64,000 bases of DNA from Paludibacteraceae bacterium (GCA_017517845.1 JAFWXW010000027.1:17076-81075); one strand, 5' to 3'; shown: positions 18,680 to 29,320, numbered from the stretch's first letter. Program-made: numbers and translations. Notes: generated by a model from the sequence alone, not told the origin.

Positions 18680-20437
18680 ATGAAAATAAAGAATCTTGTT
18701 TATATTGGTTTGATTATGTTAGGGTTGTCTTCTTGTGTAGATGACAAGTATAATATGGAGAATTTAGATTCTACAATGGAGTTGGATACAGATTTGGTAG
18801 GTCCATTGGCGTATTCAAAGTTGAATATAGTAGATGTGTTAAATACAGATTCTTTGGGTGACTTTGAAATAAAAATAAATGGTGATACTATGTTCATAAT
18901 GAAGGCTGATAGCCAAAATCTTGGTAATGAACTTATAGACCAATTACAGGTATTACCATCTACAGAGTTTAATTTTGCAGTTCCTGTTGGACTATTAAAT
19001 ATGCTTGAACCTACAGAAGCAGAAATAGATCACTTAATAAAATTAGATTTTCCTAATATAAATACCAATGAAAATGAACGTTTGGATAGTATCCTAATGG
19101 GAGAATCCAATATAGATGTTACTATACACTTTCCTAGAAAGATGAAGGAAGGTTCTTATGTTAGATTACATTTTCATGAAGATGAATTATTACTAAATCC
19201 TGCTCTATATCCAGATAATGCCATAGAAATAGATCTTAAAAATATAGATGCAGAACACCCTAATATAGATACACATGTAAATTTGTATGGGGCTATGTTA
19301 AGGTTGGATGGGAGAGATTTTATTCATATAGACTTCAAAGGATATGTGAGTACAGAAAAGGTGATGGACGCATCTAATGTGTTTGAAATAAAATTGGACT
19401 GTTCTCACATGAAACCTCATGTTACATTCATAAATATAGGAAATGCCAGAGATATAGTAGAAAATGAAATGGAAATAGATTTTGGCTATGCTCAAGATGT
19501 ATATCTATCTGGAATGAATCTTCCATTTTATGATCCTGTGATTTATATGACTTGTCTCAACAATATAGGTGTTCCTGCACGTTATTATATAGATTATGTA
19601 GAAGGTATAAGTTCTAGTACAGGAGAAGTGGTGAGAGCTAAATTTGGAGAAAATGATTACACTTCATTAGTATTGAATACACCTACATATGATGAAATCA
19701 AAGACCTTAGCCACGAAGAATTATTAAATTTTGATGTTAATAAATTAACAAAATATTCAGAATTGGTATTGGATAGAGAATATGGTCATACAGATAGATT
19801 ATTTAAAATCAAGGTAGATAAACTCAGATATAAATATCGTATTCGTTCAGAAGAAACAGATAGACATAATGTTCACTTCTTCTTCCATGATAGCGATATA
19901 GAAACAAAAGAAAGTACCAAACTAGCATTATGGTTTGAAGGTGATGTAGAAAATCCAGATAAAAACTTTAGAATAACTAGAAAAGATACTGTAGATTTAG
20001 ATTTGGGTAAAGTTTCTTCAATCTTAGAAGATGCCAACGTGACAGAAAATACTAAGGGTATTTTAAAATTCTATTATAAAAATCACTTGCCATTGGGAGT
20101 AGATGCCAAAGTGAAATTTATAGATGAAAATGACAGAGAAATAATGCTTTCATGTGCAGATGAATTTATTATAGAATCTGGTGAGGTAGATGAATTTGGC
20201 AATGTAATTAAGGAAAAAGAACCTCAAGAAGCTCTAATGTTAGTCTTAACAGGTGCAGATTTAGATGAGTTATTTTCAAAACAAGTGAGAGTAGCATTAG
20301 AATATACTCTAGAAAATGAAAACCAAAAGAATATTTTCTTGAAATCCACAGATTGGTTAGAATTAAAGATTTTATTCCACTTAGATGGCTCTGTAATTAT
20401 AGACCCAGAAAAAATGAAAGAAGAAGCAGATGTATAA
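18680..20437 (+). CDS. lipoprotein, function unknown
   Basis: Lipobox LGLSSC; 585 aa. Confidence 0.55.
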   Translation: MKIKNLVYIGLIMLGLSSCVDDKYNMENLDSTMELDTDLVGPLAYSKLNIVDVLNTDSLGDFEIKINGDTMFIMKADSQNLGNELIDQLQVLPSTEFNFAVPVGLLNMLEPTEAEIDHLIKLDFPNINTNENERLDSILMGESNIDVTIHFPRKMKEGSYVRLHFHEDELLLNPALYPDNAIEIDLKNIDAEHPNIDTHVNLYGAMLRLDGRDFIHIDFKGYVSTEKVMDASNVFEIKLDCSHMKPHVTFINIGNARDIVENEMEIDFGYAQDVYLSGMNLPFYDPVIYMTCLNNIGVPARYYIDYVEGISSSTGEVVRAKFGENDYTSLVLNTPTYDEIKDLSHEELLNFDVNKLTKYSELVLDREYGHTDRLFKIKVDKLRYKYRIRSEETDRHNVHFFFHDSDIETKESTKLALWFEGDVENPDKNFRITRKDTVDLDLGKVSSILEDANVTENTKGILKFYYKNHLPLGVDAKVKFIDENDREIMLSCADEFIIESGEVDEFGNVIKEKEPQEALMLVLTGADLDELFSKQVRVALEYTLENENQKNIFLKSTDWLELKILFHLDGSVIIDPEKMKEEADV

Positions 20438-20455
20438 ACTCAAATAATAATTAAT

Positions 20456-21934
20456 ATGATGAAAAGAATTTTAGCGGTATATATAGTTTTATTATTGGGT
20501 TTGACCTCTATTTTTGCTACACCCAATACACTTTATTTTATGGAATATCTTCCATATCAGTCTTTTATGAACCCTGCTATGCAGCCTAGGTGTACCACAT
20601 ACGTAGAACTTCCTGCTATGTCAACAATTTCTGTGTATGGAAATACAGGTGGTTTATCATTAAATGACTTCATGTATGTAAAAGATGATAAATTGGTCAC
20701 CTTTTTGCATCCAGAGTTTGGAAATAAAGAAGCAGTGTATTCAAAACTTATGGAATCTCCAGGTGCAGATTTTGAATTAGACCTAAGTCTATTTGGTTTT
20801 GGATTTAGATTAAAAGAAAAAGGTTATGTGCATATAAATGCTTCTGTAAGAGCTGATGTTTCATTAGGATTACCCAAGGATATTATTACATTGGGTATGA
20901 ATGGCACTCCAGATACAGTAAATGTAAACTCATATAAGGTAGATGTTCCTTTGTCTATGAATGCTTATCTAGACCTTAATGGTGGATATTCAGAAAAAAT
21001 TAATGAAAAATGGACAGTGGGTGGTCGTTTACACTTGATGTATGGTTTGGCAAACGTCAGATTGAAATCAAGTGACCTAACATTAGACCTTTCTCAACAA
21101 GAATGGAAATTGTCTGGCGGAATAAAAGGAGATGTTTCCATACCTGGTATAAACGTAGAGACAGATGAAAATGGTGAAGTGACAGGATTAAAAACTGTAG
21201 AAGGTGTAGAAGAATTTTTTAAATCATTAAGTTATAGCATGGGTGCTTCTGTAGATTTAGGTGCAGTGTATAAACCTATTCCAGAACTCAAAATATCGCT
21301 TTCTGTAAAAGACCTAGGATTTATGTATTGGAAAACTAATGCTATGCAACTAGCAGGTGATTTTGATTTTTCATTTAAAGGTGTAGATTTACAAGAGAGT
21401 GAGGAGGAAGAAAAATCAGAAGGTACAGAAAACCCAGAGAAGGAAGAAAACTCCAATATAATGGAAGAATTGGGCGTATTTTATGCAAAAAATGGTGCTT
21501 ATACCTCATTGATGAATGGAAAAATTTATGCAGGAGTAGAATATAGTTTCCTAGAAAATATGATGAGTGTAGGGGTGGTTTCCAAAACCTCATATAATTA
21601 TAATCATTGGGACGAAGAAATCACAGTGGGGTATAATATAAGACCATGTTCATGGTTTGGTATATCAGCTAGTTATTCATTGATTTCTGGAAAAAGTAGC
21701 ACCATAGGTCTAGGAGTAAATTTAAGAATTCCTCCACTTAGTTTCTATGCTGTATCAGATTATACACCAGTACATTATTCTGCAGATGGTATTCCATACA
21801 AAACCTCAGCAGTCAATGTTCAAGCAGGTCTAGTATTAACCATGGGTTGTAAGAAGAAAAAACCAGTAGAAGAAACTCCAGAAGACGTTCTTCCAGAACC
21901 TGCACCTACAGAAGTCTCAACACCAGCAGAATAA
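20456..21934 (+). CDS. putative outer-membrane beta-barrel protein
   Basis: Signal peptide, alternating beta-strand-like pattern, acidic insert EESEEEEKSEGTENPEKEE, paired with upstream lipoprotein. Confidence 0.5.
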   Translation: MMKRILAVYIVLLLGLTSIFATPNTLYFMEYLPYQSFMNPAMQPRCTTYVELPAMSTISVYGNTGGLSLNDFMYVKDDKLVTFLHPEFGNKEAVYSKLMESPGADFELDLSLFGFGFRLKEKGYVHINASVRADVSLGLPKDIITLGMNGTPDTVNVNSYKVDVPLSMNAYLDLNGGYSEKINEKWTVGGRLHLMYGLANVRLKSSDLTLDLSQQEWKLSGGIKGDVSIPGINVETDENGEVTGLKTVEGVEEFFKSLSYSMGASVDLGAVYKPIPELKISLSVKDLGFMYWKTNAMQLAGDFDFSFKGVDLQESEEEEKSEGTENPEKEENSNIMEELGVFYAKNGAYTSLMNGKIYAGVEYSFLENMMSVGVVSKTSYNYNHWDEEITVGYNIRPCSWFGISASYSLISGKSSTIGLGVNLRIPPLSFYAVSDYTPVHYSADGIPYKTSAVNVQAGLVLTMGCKKKKPVEETPEDVLPEPAPTEVSTPAE

Positions 21935-21959
21935 AAAAACTCCCGTAGGGAGTTTTTTT
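21934..21959. terminator. bidirectional terminator between convergent genes
   Basis: AAAAAAACTCCC-GTA-GGGAGTTTTTTT. Confidence 0.7.
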
Positions 21960-23769
21960 ACTCGTACATTGCATTTATCTCTTTTGCAAATAATTCATTT
22001 ACCACTTTACGTTTAATCTTCAAGGTATTGGTTAAGTGACCTTGATCCATAGTAAACGCATTAGGAAGTAGGGTGAAGCGTTTGATTTGTTCGTAACGTG
22101 CCAAATCTGCGTTCTTTTCTACTATAATGCCGTCATAAAGTGAAACAACCTCAGGAAGGGCTATTAATTCTTCTCTAGAAGAGAATTTCAATCCTTTGCC
22201 CTCTGCATATTTTGTTAGGTTGTCAAAGTTTGGAACTATCAGCATAGAAACATATTTTCTCTCGTTACCTATTGCCACGCATTGGTCTATATAACTAGAA
22301 TCTGAGAATAAACCTTCTAGGTGTTGAGGAGCAATATATTTACCGCCAGCGGTTTTGAATAAATCCTTGATACGGTCTGTGATATAAAGATTGTTTTGCA
22401 TATCAATATAACCAGCATCACCAGTCTTGAAGAATCCGTCTTCTGTATAAGATTCTGCATTAGCATCTGGACGTTTGTAATATCCAGGAGTAATAGTCTT
22501 ACCTTTGAGAAGAATTTCGCCCTCATTAGAGATTTTAACCTGTAAATCTGGCATTATTTGACCAATAGAACCAATGATATAACCTCTATTATTTAATGGG
22601 AAACAACATACTGTGGCACAAGATTCTGTTAATCCATAACCATAAACTATGTTGATACCTATAGCGTGCATAAATTCTAGGATTTCATCTGCAAGTTTTG
22701 CACCAGCTACAGGGAAGAAGTTGCCATTGTCCAAACCAGCTGCTTTTTTTACCTTGTTAAACAGAGGTTTTGCTAAAAATTTATATGACAATCCCACGTT
22801 TAGTGGAGAAAGTTTTCCATTACGATAGTAGTCTATATTTCTGCGTTTGCCTATTTTTATAGACCATCTAAACAAAGATTGAAGTAATTTTGGGCTACCA
22901 TTAATTTTGTCATTTACAGCAGCATAAACTTTTTCCCAATAACGAGGCACAGCACACATTAGGGTAGGGCGTACCTCTGGCATAATCTTAGCTATCTCTG
23001 CAGGGCGTTTGTTTACATAAATCTTAATACCTTTTTGCAGACAGAACATATCCCAAGCACGTTCAAACACGTGAGTGATAGGAAGAAATGCCATAGAAGT
23101 GTCTTTGTCAGTTGCCTTAGTCAATCTAATGTTGTGAATTCTCATGGCTTCTGCATAATTATAATGACGCAGTTCCACACCCTTAGGATTTCCTGTAGTA
23201 CCAGAAGTGTAAAGGATATTTACCAAGTCGTCATTACTAGCTAGAGCCTTGCGAGCTGCAATCTCTTCTACATGTGGATTTTTTAGGCCTTCTGCCAATA
23301 AATCGCTATAGCGAATAGCATTTTTTTCGCCCTTTAGGTCGATGCTAGGGTCAATAGCAACGATGGTACGAAGGTATTTAGATCTTCTTAATACCTCCAA
23401 AGCCACATCATATTGATATTGCTCGCCAGCATAAATAATACCTATTTCGGAGTCATCTACGATAAATTCCACTTGTGCAGCAGTAGATGTTGCATAAAGT
23501 GGTACAGTGATAGCATGTGCAGAGTAGTTTGCGTAATCTGCCATAATGATTTCACACATGTTTTGTGAGAAAATTCCCACACGGTCATTGGATTTTACAC
23601 CTAATCCGATAATACCCGCAGCTAACCCCTCCACAGTCTTGTCCATCTCTCTCCACGAAATCCCCGTCCACTGACCTGTCTCATCATTCCTGCCATAAAT
23701 AGCTGCACGATCACCATACTTTTCTGCTTGTTGGTGAATCAAGGTTGATAATACAAATTCTTTTTCCAT
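21958..23769 (-). CDS. long-chain fatty acid--CoA ligase (AMP-binding family)
   Basis: YTSGTTGNPKGV AMP-binding signature, GYGLTE, TGDAGYID. Confidence 0.85.
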   Translation of the reverse strand: MEKEFVLSTLIHQQAEKYGDRAAIYGRNDETGQWTGISWREMDKTVEGLAAGIIGLGVKSNDRVGIFSQNMCEIIMADYANYSAHAITVPLYATSTAAQVEFIVDDSEIGIIYAGEQYQYDVALEVLRRSKYLRTIVAIDPSIDLKGEKNAIRYSDLLAEGLKNPHVEEIAARKALASNDDLVNILYTSGTTGNPKGVELRHYNYAEAMRIHNIRLTKATDKDTSMAFLPITHVFERAWDMFCLQKGIKIYVNKRPAEIAKIMPEVRPTLMCAVPRYWEKVYAAVNDKINGSPKLLQSLFRWSIKIGKRRNIDYYRNGKLSPLNVGLSYKFLAKPLFNKVKKAAGLDNGNFFPVAGAKLADEILEFMHAIGINIVYGYGLTESCATVCCFPLNNRGYIIGSIGQIMPDLQVKISNEGEILLKGKTITPGYYKRPDANAESYTEDGFFKTGDAGYIDMQNNLYITDRIKDLFKTAGGKYIAPQHLEGLFSDSSYIDQCVAIGNERKYVSMLIVPNFDNLTKYAEGKGLKFSSREELIALPEVVSLYDGIIVEKNADLARYEQIKRFTLLPNAFTMDQGHLTNTLKIKRKVVNELFAKEINAMYE

Positions 23770-23770
23770 T

Positions 23771-24577
23771 TTAATTGTTTATATTAGTATTGTTAGGATC
23801 TTTTATAACAGAAATATCTGGTTTTATACTACTTAGTTCTTTCTTAAAGCTCTTTTGTTTAATTCTAATCATTGCACTTTTACATGCCAATTGCTGAGCT
23901 TCTTTTTTTGTATAACCAGTACCAGTCCCCACCAAAATACCTTCTACTTTTAATTTTGTAGTAAATCTGGACGAATTAGTTGATTTCTCGTAAATAGGAG
24001 GTTCAAAGATAAATTCGTAATCTACTTTTCTATGTTGAGTCCATTCTATAAACTTAGATTTAAAGTTTATCTCTTTCTTAGACAACTTTTCTATATCTAT
24101 GTGTTTTTCTTTTATAAGTTTAAGAATGAATTTTTTACTCTTTTTATAACCTCTATCCATAAAAATGGCACCCATAAGTGCTTCAAATGCATTGCCATTG
24201 ATATGTGCTTTGAATTGTGCAGTGTGTTCTTGAGAGGTGACCAATTTATTAAGACCTATTCTCACTGCGAGGTCGTCTAATGTGGCACGTTGTACTATTT
24301 TTGAACGTAAATTTGTAAGTTCTCCTTCACGTTTATTGCTGTAGTTTTCATAAAGGATTTCGGATACAATAGTGCCCAGTACAGAATCACCAAGAAACTC
24401 TAGTCGCTCGTTGTTCTGTAATCTGCTCTTATTGCTGTTATATGTAGAACTATGTGTAAGAGCCAATTGGTAATAGTCCCATTTTCTGGGACTAAAACCT
24501 AATATATTTTTTAGCTTGGAATAATTTTTTCTCTGATTTGCAGGGAGTTTTATTCGTTGTATAAGAGCCTGTATCAC
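23771..24577 (-). CDS. rnc: ribonuclease III
   Basis: NERLEFLGDSVL signature, C-terminal dsRBD GYTKKEAQQLACKSA. Confidence 0.85.
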   Translation of the reverse strand: MIQALIQRIKLPANQRKNYSKLKNILGFSPRKWDYYQLALTHSSTYNSNKSRLQNNERLEFLGDSVLGTIVSEILYENYSNKREGELTNLRSKIVQRATLDDLAVRIGLNKLVTSQEHTAQFKAHINGNAFEALMGAIFMDRGYKKSKKFILKLIKEKHIDIEKLSKKEINFKSKFIEWTQHRKVDYEFIFEPPIYEKSTNSSRFTTKLKVEGILVGTGTGYTKKEAQQLACKSAMIRIKQKSFKKELSSIKPDISVIKDPNNTNINN

Positions 24578-24582
24578 AAATT

Positions 24583-25836
24583 TTATTTGTATTTTTTGAC
24601 TATTATACTTGCATTGTGTCCGCCGAATCCAAATGTATTGGATAAGGCTGCATTAACTACGCGTTTTTGTGCTTTATTGAAGGTAAAATTCAGATTATAA
24701 TCTATATTTTCATCTTCCTCACCTGTAAAGTTAATGGTAGGAGGAACAATGTCATTTTTTACAGCCAATATGCTCGCTATAGCCTCTACTGCACCTGTAG
24801 CACCAAGCAAGTGTCCAGTCATAGATTTTGTAGAACTAATGTTTAGTTTGTACGCATGTTCACCAAACACCTCTTTAATGGCTTTAGTTTCTGCAATATC
24901 GCCTTGAGGAGTAGATGTTCCGTGTACATTAATATAATCTATATCTTCTGGCTTCATATTGGCATCGTCTAGGGCATTTTTCATAACTGCTATAGCACCT
25001 ATACCTTCTGGATGTGGAGCTGTGATGTGGTATGCATCTGCAGAAGCTCCAATACCTGCTACTTCTGCATAGATTTTAGCTCCACGAGCCAATGCGTGTT
25101 CCAATTCTTCTAGAACTAAGCAACCAGCACCTTCTCCCATAACAAATCCATCACGAGATTTACTAAATGGGCGAGAAGCTGTTTCTGGACTATCATTTCT
25201 GGTAGAAATGGCGTGCATAGAGTTGAAACTACCTACACCTACTTTTGTTATAGGAGCTTCTGCACCACCAGTTATCATGATGTTTGCTCTGCCTAGTTTA
25301 ATTTGGTCGTATGCCACTGATATAGCACTTGTACTAGAAGCACAAGCAGAAACGCATGCATAATTGGGACCTCTAAATCCGTATTCCATAGAGATATGAC
25401 CGCTTGCACTATCAACTATCATTTTAGGAATAAAGAAAGGGTTGAATCTAGGGGTTCCATCGCCAGCACAGAAATCTTCCATTTCTTTTTCGAAAGTTCC
25501 GATTCCGCCAATACCCACACCCATGATAACTCCGATTTTATTTAAATCTTCTGCCTCTGTATCTATGTTGGCGTCTGCTACAGCTTGACGTGCAGCCACA
25601 ATAGCATAGATAGAAAACAAATCATGTTTTCTTACTTCTTTTCTATCGAAATGATCTTGGGGATTAAAATTCTTTACTTCGCAGGCGAACTGCGTTTTAA
25701 ACTTGGAAGTGTCGATGTGTGTAATAGGTCCTGCTCCACTTACTCCATTAACCAATGATTCCCAAAAGGTTGGTACATCATTTCCTATTGGGGTAAGTGC
25801 ACCAAGACCTGTTACAACTACTCTTTTTTCTCTCAT
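24583..25836 (-). CDS. fabF: beta-ketoacyl-ACP synthase II
   Basis: Active-site CASSTSAI, HGTSTP, GHLLGATG, FGFGGHN. Confidence 0.92.
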   Translation of the reverse strand: MREKRVVVTGLGALTPIGNDVPTFWESLVNGVSGAGPITHIDTSKFKTQFACEVKNFNPQDHFDRKEVRKHDLFSIYAIVAARQAVADANIDTEAEDLNKIGVIMGVGIGGIGTFEKEMEDFCAGDGTPRFNPFFIPKMIVDSASGHISMEYGFRGPNYACVSACASSTSAISVAYDQIKLGRANIMITGGAEAPITKVGVGSFNSMHAISTRNDSPETASRPFSKSRDGFVMGEGAGCLVLEELEHALARGAKIYAEVAGIGASADAYHITAPHPEGIGAIAVMKNALDDANMKPEDIDYINVHGTSTPQGDIAETKAIKEVFGEHAYKLNISSTKSMTGHLLGATGAVEAIASILAVKNDIVPPTINFTGEEDENIDYNLNFTFNKAQKRVVNAALSNTFGFGGHNASIIVKKYK

Positions 25837-25849
25837 TTTCTATAGAGAA

Positions 25850-26086
25850 TTATTTAACGTTTTTTTCAATAAAAGCAATAGCGTCACCTACTGTAGAGAT
25901 GTTTTCTGCTTCTTCTTCTGGAATAGAGATTCCAAATTCTTTTTCGAAGTCCATGATCATTTCTACTGTGTCTAGTGAATCTGCACCTAGGTCATTAGAG
26001 AAGCTTGCACTTTCTACAACTTGGCTTTCTTCAACACCTAATTTTTCTACGATAATTGCTTTTACTTTTTCTGCAACTGCTGACAT
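25850..26086 (-). CDS. acpP: acyl carrier protein
   Basis: [10 protein letters not shown] phosphopantetheine site; 78 aa. Confidence 0.92.
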   Translation of the reverse strand: MSAVAEKVKAIIVEKLGVEESQVVESASFSNDLGADSLDTVEMIMDFEKEFGISIPEEEAENISTVGDAIAFIEKNVK

Positions 26087-26124
26087 AACATTAAGTTTTA
26101 GTTAATAATTTGTTTTTAGCGTTA

Positions 26125-26132
26125 CAAAGATA
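26125..26132 (-). promoter_or_regulatory. -7 box (CAAAGATA on plus = TATCTTTG on minus) for acpP
   Basis: 39 nt upstream of acpP start. Confidence 0.4.
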
Positions 26133-26163
26133 TGGATAATATTTTTACTTTTCTAATTTTTTA

Positions 26164-26203
26164 CAAAAAAAATGCACAAATTTGAAAAAAATGTGCATTT
26201 TTG
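26164..26203 (-). terminator. hairpin terminator after META-domain gene
   Basis: ATGCACA-13 nt-TGTGCAT flanked by A-run and T-run. Confidence 0.5.
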
Positions 26204-26249
26204 GAAACTACAATTAAATGTAGTGCAATTTTGAAATATTTTTGTAAAA

Positions 26250-26666
26250 TTACTTAGCGATAGGAGATAATTCCATTAGAATTTTGCCATTGTTATCTTT
26301 AAGTTTCATGTTGTTATTATCATATTCCACAGATGCCACTTGTGAGAAAGCTGAGAAAATTGCGTCTTCTGTGGTCATATCAACACAAAGTTTTTTAGTT
26401 GAACCTAAATTTGATATAGTAATATCATTTTTATTTTCTGTGGTATTAAATTCTCCAAAGAAACTATTGCAACCAGTGCTACCATAGAAACGTGCTTCTT
26501 CTTTTTGGAAACCAATAAATGGCATTTCTTCTTCAGAGGCATTTACTTGTGTTCCTAATACTTGGTCAATTTTCCATTCTCCGTTAAGATTTGCAGCTGC
26601 ATATTTATTAGAACAACAAGATATACACATAACACATAAAATAATAGATAAAATAATGTTTTTCAT
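26250..26666 (-). CDS. META domain (HslJ-like) lipoprotein
   Basis: Lipobox-like ISCCS; GEWKI...GCNSFFGEF...STKKLC pattern of META domains. Confidence 0.7.
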   Translation of the reverse strand: MKNIILSIILCVMCISCCSNKYAAANLNGEWKIDQVLGTQVNASEEEMPFIGFQKEEARFYGSTGCNSFFGEFNTTENKNDITISNLGSTKKLCVDMTTEDAIFSAFSQVASVEYDNNNMKLKDNNGKILMELSPIAK

Positions 26667-26737
26667 AACTTATAAGATTAATTTGTTTATATATCTTAGA
26701 CGATAATAATTTCCAAAGGTTTAATTAAAATAATTTT

Positions 26738-26774
26738 CTCCTAACTTCTCACTCCTAACTCCTAACTCCTAACT
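26738..26774 (+). repeat. heptamer array (CTCCTAA)n, locus A
   Basis: CTCCTAA CTTCTCA CTCCTAA CTCCTAA CTCCTAA CT; last unit contains the TAG stop (26769-26771, minus strand) of the thiamine diphosphokinase gene. Confidence 0.9.
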
Positions 26775-27386
26775 GTAATCAAGGATTACCAAAAACTCCC
26801 CATCTGCACTAATGCAACATTCATCTGCTGTGCACTCATTTAGAGTCCCTTGCCATAGAGCAGTGAAATCATAGATAGGATATTTCAGCCCCTTGCTACT
26901 AAGATTTTTTGCACCAAAATTTATAATTGAAATCTGTTGTCCCGCTTTGGACTGTATTTTTACAAAATCCTTACATGGAAAAATACTACAATAATCTGTT
27001 AGCATAATCACATTGAGTCCCATTCTTCTGTATTCCATAAGCAGACTGATGTTTCCTAATGTGTGACATTCCCTTTTTCCTGTAGCTCCTAGAATAGCAA
27101 TATTTCTAAAACCTAAATTTTGGGCATAGTTTATTGCTTTTGTAAGGTCATTGGTCTCTTGGTCTTCGACCAATATAAATTTTAGTTTGCTTTTTAGTTC
27201 TTTGTCTATAGAATCTCCATCGCCAATAGTTGCCATTGGCATTTTGCCTGTTTTTATATAACTATTGGCAGCTCCATCGCAACAAATTACTTTATCGCAA
27301 TGATTGAGTATGCTTAGGGGCAACTCGTGAGTAGGGTAGTCGCCTTCGGCTAATATTACAACTTCTATGTCGTTTAGGTTAAGCAT
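26769..27386 (-). CDS. thiamine diphosphokinase
   Basis: ATIGDGDSI motif and overall TPK-like layout; 205 aa. Confidence 0.75.
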   Translation of the reverse strand: MLNLNDIEVVILAEGDYPTHELPLSILNHCDKVICCDGAANSYIKTGKMPMATIGDGDSIDKELKSKLKFILVEDQETNDLTKAINYAQNLGFRNIAILGATGKRECHTLGNISLLMEYRRMGLNVIMLTDYCSIFPCKDFVKIQSKAGQQISIINFGAKNLSSKGLKYPIYDFTALWQGTLNECTADECCISADGEFLVILDYS

Positions 27387-27978
27387 TTTTCATTAATTTG
27401 GTCCATTCTTTATAGCCTGCTACACCAACTATTATATATAAGGTGTAAAGTCCTGCTGTGAAATATAGTCCAGTGATGATGTATAAAATAACAGAAATGA
27501 CATCTGCTATAATCCAGCCTATCCACTGTTCTTTGTACTTTTTGGCTAGCAAATATAATGAAATTATACTAATACCAGCAGCAAAACCATCTAATGTGCT
27601 GTTCAAAATGCTTTCTGAGGCAGTGAATTTGTATAAGATAAAACTTAGGATTATAGAAATCAATGTAGCTATAATGCTAGAAGTGATTAATACCTTGGCA
27701 GGAGCTTTACTGATAGGAACTTCTTTTTCTTCTTTATTTTTAAAGAATTTCCAAGCTATTAATCCATAAATAGCGGCAAGAATATAATAAATGCTTATGC
27801 AACCTAGTGCATATATGCCTCCAGAGAAGTAAATAAATACATAAATGGCAGACATTAGTATGTTTACTATCCAAAGTAGTGAATTGGCACGATACTGATA
27901 ATAAAGGTATATTAAACCCAAGATTGTGCCTATGATTTCTAGGATTTGTAAAAGATTTTCACTTATGAAGTCTTCCAT
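27379..27978 (-). CDS. PnuC-family vitamin transporter (nicotinamide riboside or thiamine type)
   Basis: Seven hydrophobic helices, EIIGTILGLIYLYYQYRANSLLW N-terminus typical of PnuC family; overlaps TPK gene. Confidence 0.75.
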   Translation of the reverse strand: MEDFISENLLQILEIIGTILGLIYLYYQYRANSLLWIVNILMSAIYVFIYFSGGIYALGCISIYYILAAIYGLIAWKFFKNKEEKEVPISKAPAKVLITSSIIATLISIILSFILYKFTASESILNSTLDGFAAGISIISLYLLAKKYKEQWIGWIIADVISVILYIITGLYFTAGLYTLYIIVGVAGYKEWTKLMKNA

Positions 27979-27981
27979 ATT

Positions 27982-28686
27982 TTATTCGTATTTGGCTATT
28001 CTTTTTAGAAGCTCTAGGTCTAGAATCTTAATGCTTCTGCCTGTTACTCTAACTAAACCGTCAGAAGAAAACTGAGAAAGTGTTCTTATGGCATTAGAAG
28101 TTGTCATATTAGAAAGACTTGCTAAGTCTTCTCTAGATAGATTAAGTACTAGTGTAACACCGTCTTCTAGTGTGCCGTAATTATCTTTTATGTGAAGAAT
28201 GGTTTCTGCCAATCTTCCACGTAGATGCTTTTGAGTGAGTATTATACTACGTGTATCAGAAATTCCTAAATCTATTGATAAGAATCTAATAAATTCAAAT
28301 GCTAGTTTGGCATTTTCACTTAGGAGTTTAGTTATAACTTCTTTTGGTATGGCAAATATTACACATGGCTCAGCTGCGTATGCTGTGGTAATGTATTTCT
28401 CGCCTGCAAACATGGCTCTGTAGCCGAATAATTCATTTGGTTTAATAATTCTCACTATCTGGCTACGTACACCAACTCCTTCTCTGTTTATCTTGACAAA
28501 TCCGCTCAATACACCTAGAAGTTTAGAAGGCTCTTCTCCGTCCGAATATATTATAGAGTTCTTTTTATAAGTAATGAATTCTATATTAGATTCTAGAAAT
28601 AATTGTTCTTCCTTGGTCAACGACTTCCAAAGATCTAGGGTCTCAATCACCTGTTTAGGATTAAAATTTTTCTTTTTATTTGCCAT
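27982..28686 (-). CDS. Crp/Fnr family transcriptional regulator
   Basis: cNMP-binding-like N-domain; C-terminal HTH REDLASLSNMTTSNAIRTLSQF. Confidence 0.8.
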   Translation of the reverse strand: MANKKKNFNPKQVIETLDLWKSLTKEEQLFLESNIEFITYKKNSIIYSDGEEPSKLLGVLSGFVKINREGVGVRSQIVRIIKPNELFGYRAMFAGEKYITTAYAAEPCVIFAIPKEVITKLLSENAKLAFEFIRFLSIDLGISDTRSIILTQKHLRGRLAETILHIKDNYGTLEDGVTLVLNLSREDLASLSNMTTSNAIRTLSQFSSDGLVRVTGRSIKILDLELLKRIAKYE

Positions 28687-28784
28687 TATTTATATATCTA
28701 TGTTTAGAAAATATGTTTTTCGGCACAAAAATACAATATTTTTCGCAAATTATAGCATTTTTTGCTTTTTTTATTTTTAAAGTT

Positions 28785-28792
28785 TATCTTTG
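28785..28792 (+). promoter_or_regulatory. -7 box TATCTTTG with TTTG at 28761-28764
   Basis: Both elements at canonical spacing upstream of the Lrp/AsnC gene. Confidence 0.45.
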
Positions 28793-28840
28793 TCAATATT
28801 TAATAAATTTAATGTCCATTAAATACATAAAAAATATAGT

Positions 28841-29320
28841 ATGGAAAAAATATCTTTAGATAAATTAGATGAGAAAATTCTCCAATTAGTTTCTTCTAAT
28901 GCAAGGACTCCTTTCTTAGAAGTGGCACGTGAGTGTAATGTTTCTGGTGCAGCTATACACCAACGTATTCAGAAATTAATAAATTTAGGAGTGATTACAG
29001 GTTCTGAATTTACTCTAGACCCTGTGAAGGTGGGATATACTACTTGTGCTTATATGGGAATTTATCTAAAAGATGCTAATGATTTTACCAATGTAGTAGA
29101 TGGTTTAAAAAATATTCCAGAAGTTGTAGAATGTCATTATACAACAGGTAAATTTGCTCTGTATGTAAAAATCTATGCAAGGGATAACAAACATTTCTTG
29201 AGCATAATACATGATAGAATTCAATCTATCAAGGGCATTGCCTCTACAGAAACACTTATTTCTCTAGGTGAGGCCTTCCGTCGCCAAATCCCCGTAGAAG
29301 GCATAGCATCAGAAGAGTAA
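28841..29320 (+). CDS. Lrp/AsnC family transcriptional regulator
   Basis: HTH ARTPFLEVARECNVSGAAIHQRIQKL followed by RAM-like domain. Confidence 0.85.
   Translation: MEKISLDKLDEKILQLVSSNARTPFLEVARECNVSGAAIHQRIQKLINLGVITGSEFTLDPVKVGYTTCAYMGIYLKDANDFTNVVDGLKNIPEVVECHYTTGKFALYVKIYARDNKHFLSIIHDRIQSIKGIASTETLISLGEAFRRQIPVEGIASEE

Noticed and set aside
26738-26774. Telomere-like or Shine-Dalgarno-related meaning of the TTAGGAG heptamer
   Set aside because: This is a chromosomal internal location in a bacterium. The arrays lie downstream of genes rather than upstream of start codons, and Bacteroidota generally do not rely on strong SD sequences. I treat it as a repeat tail only.
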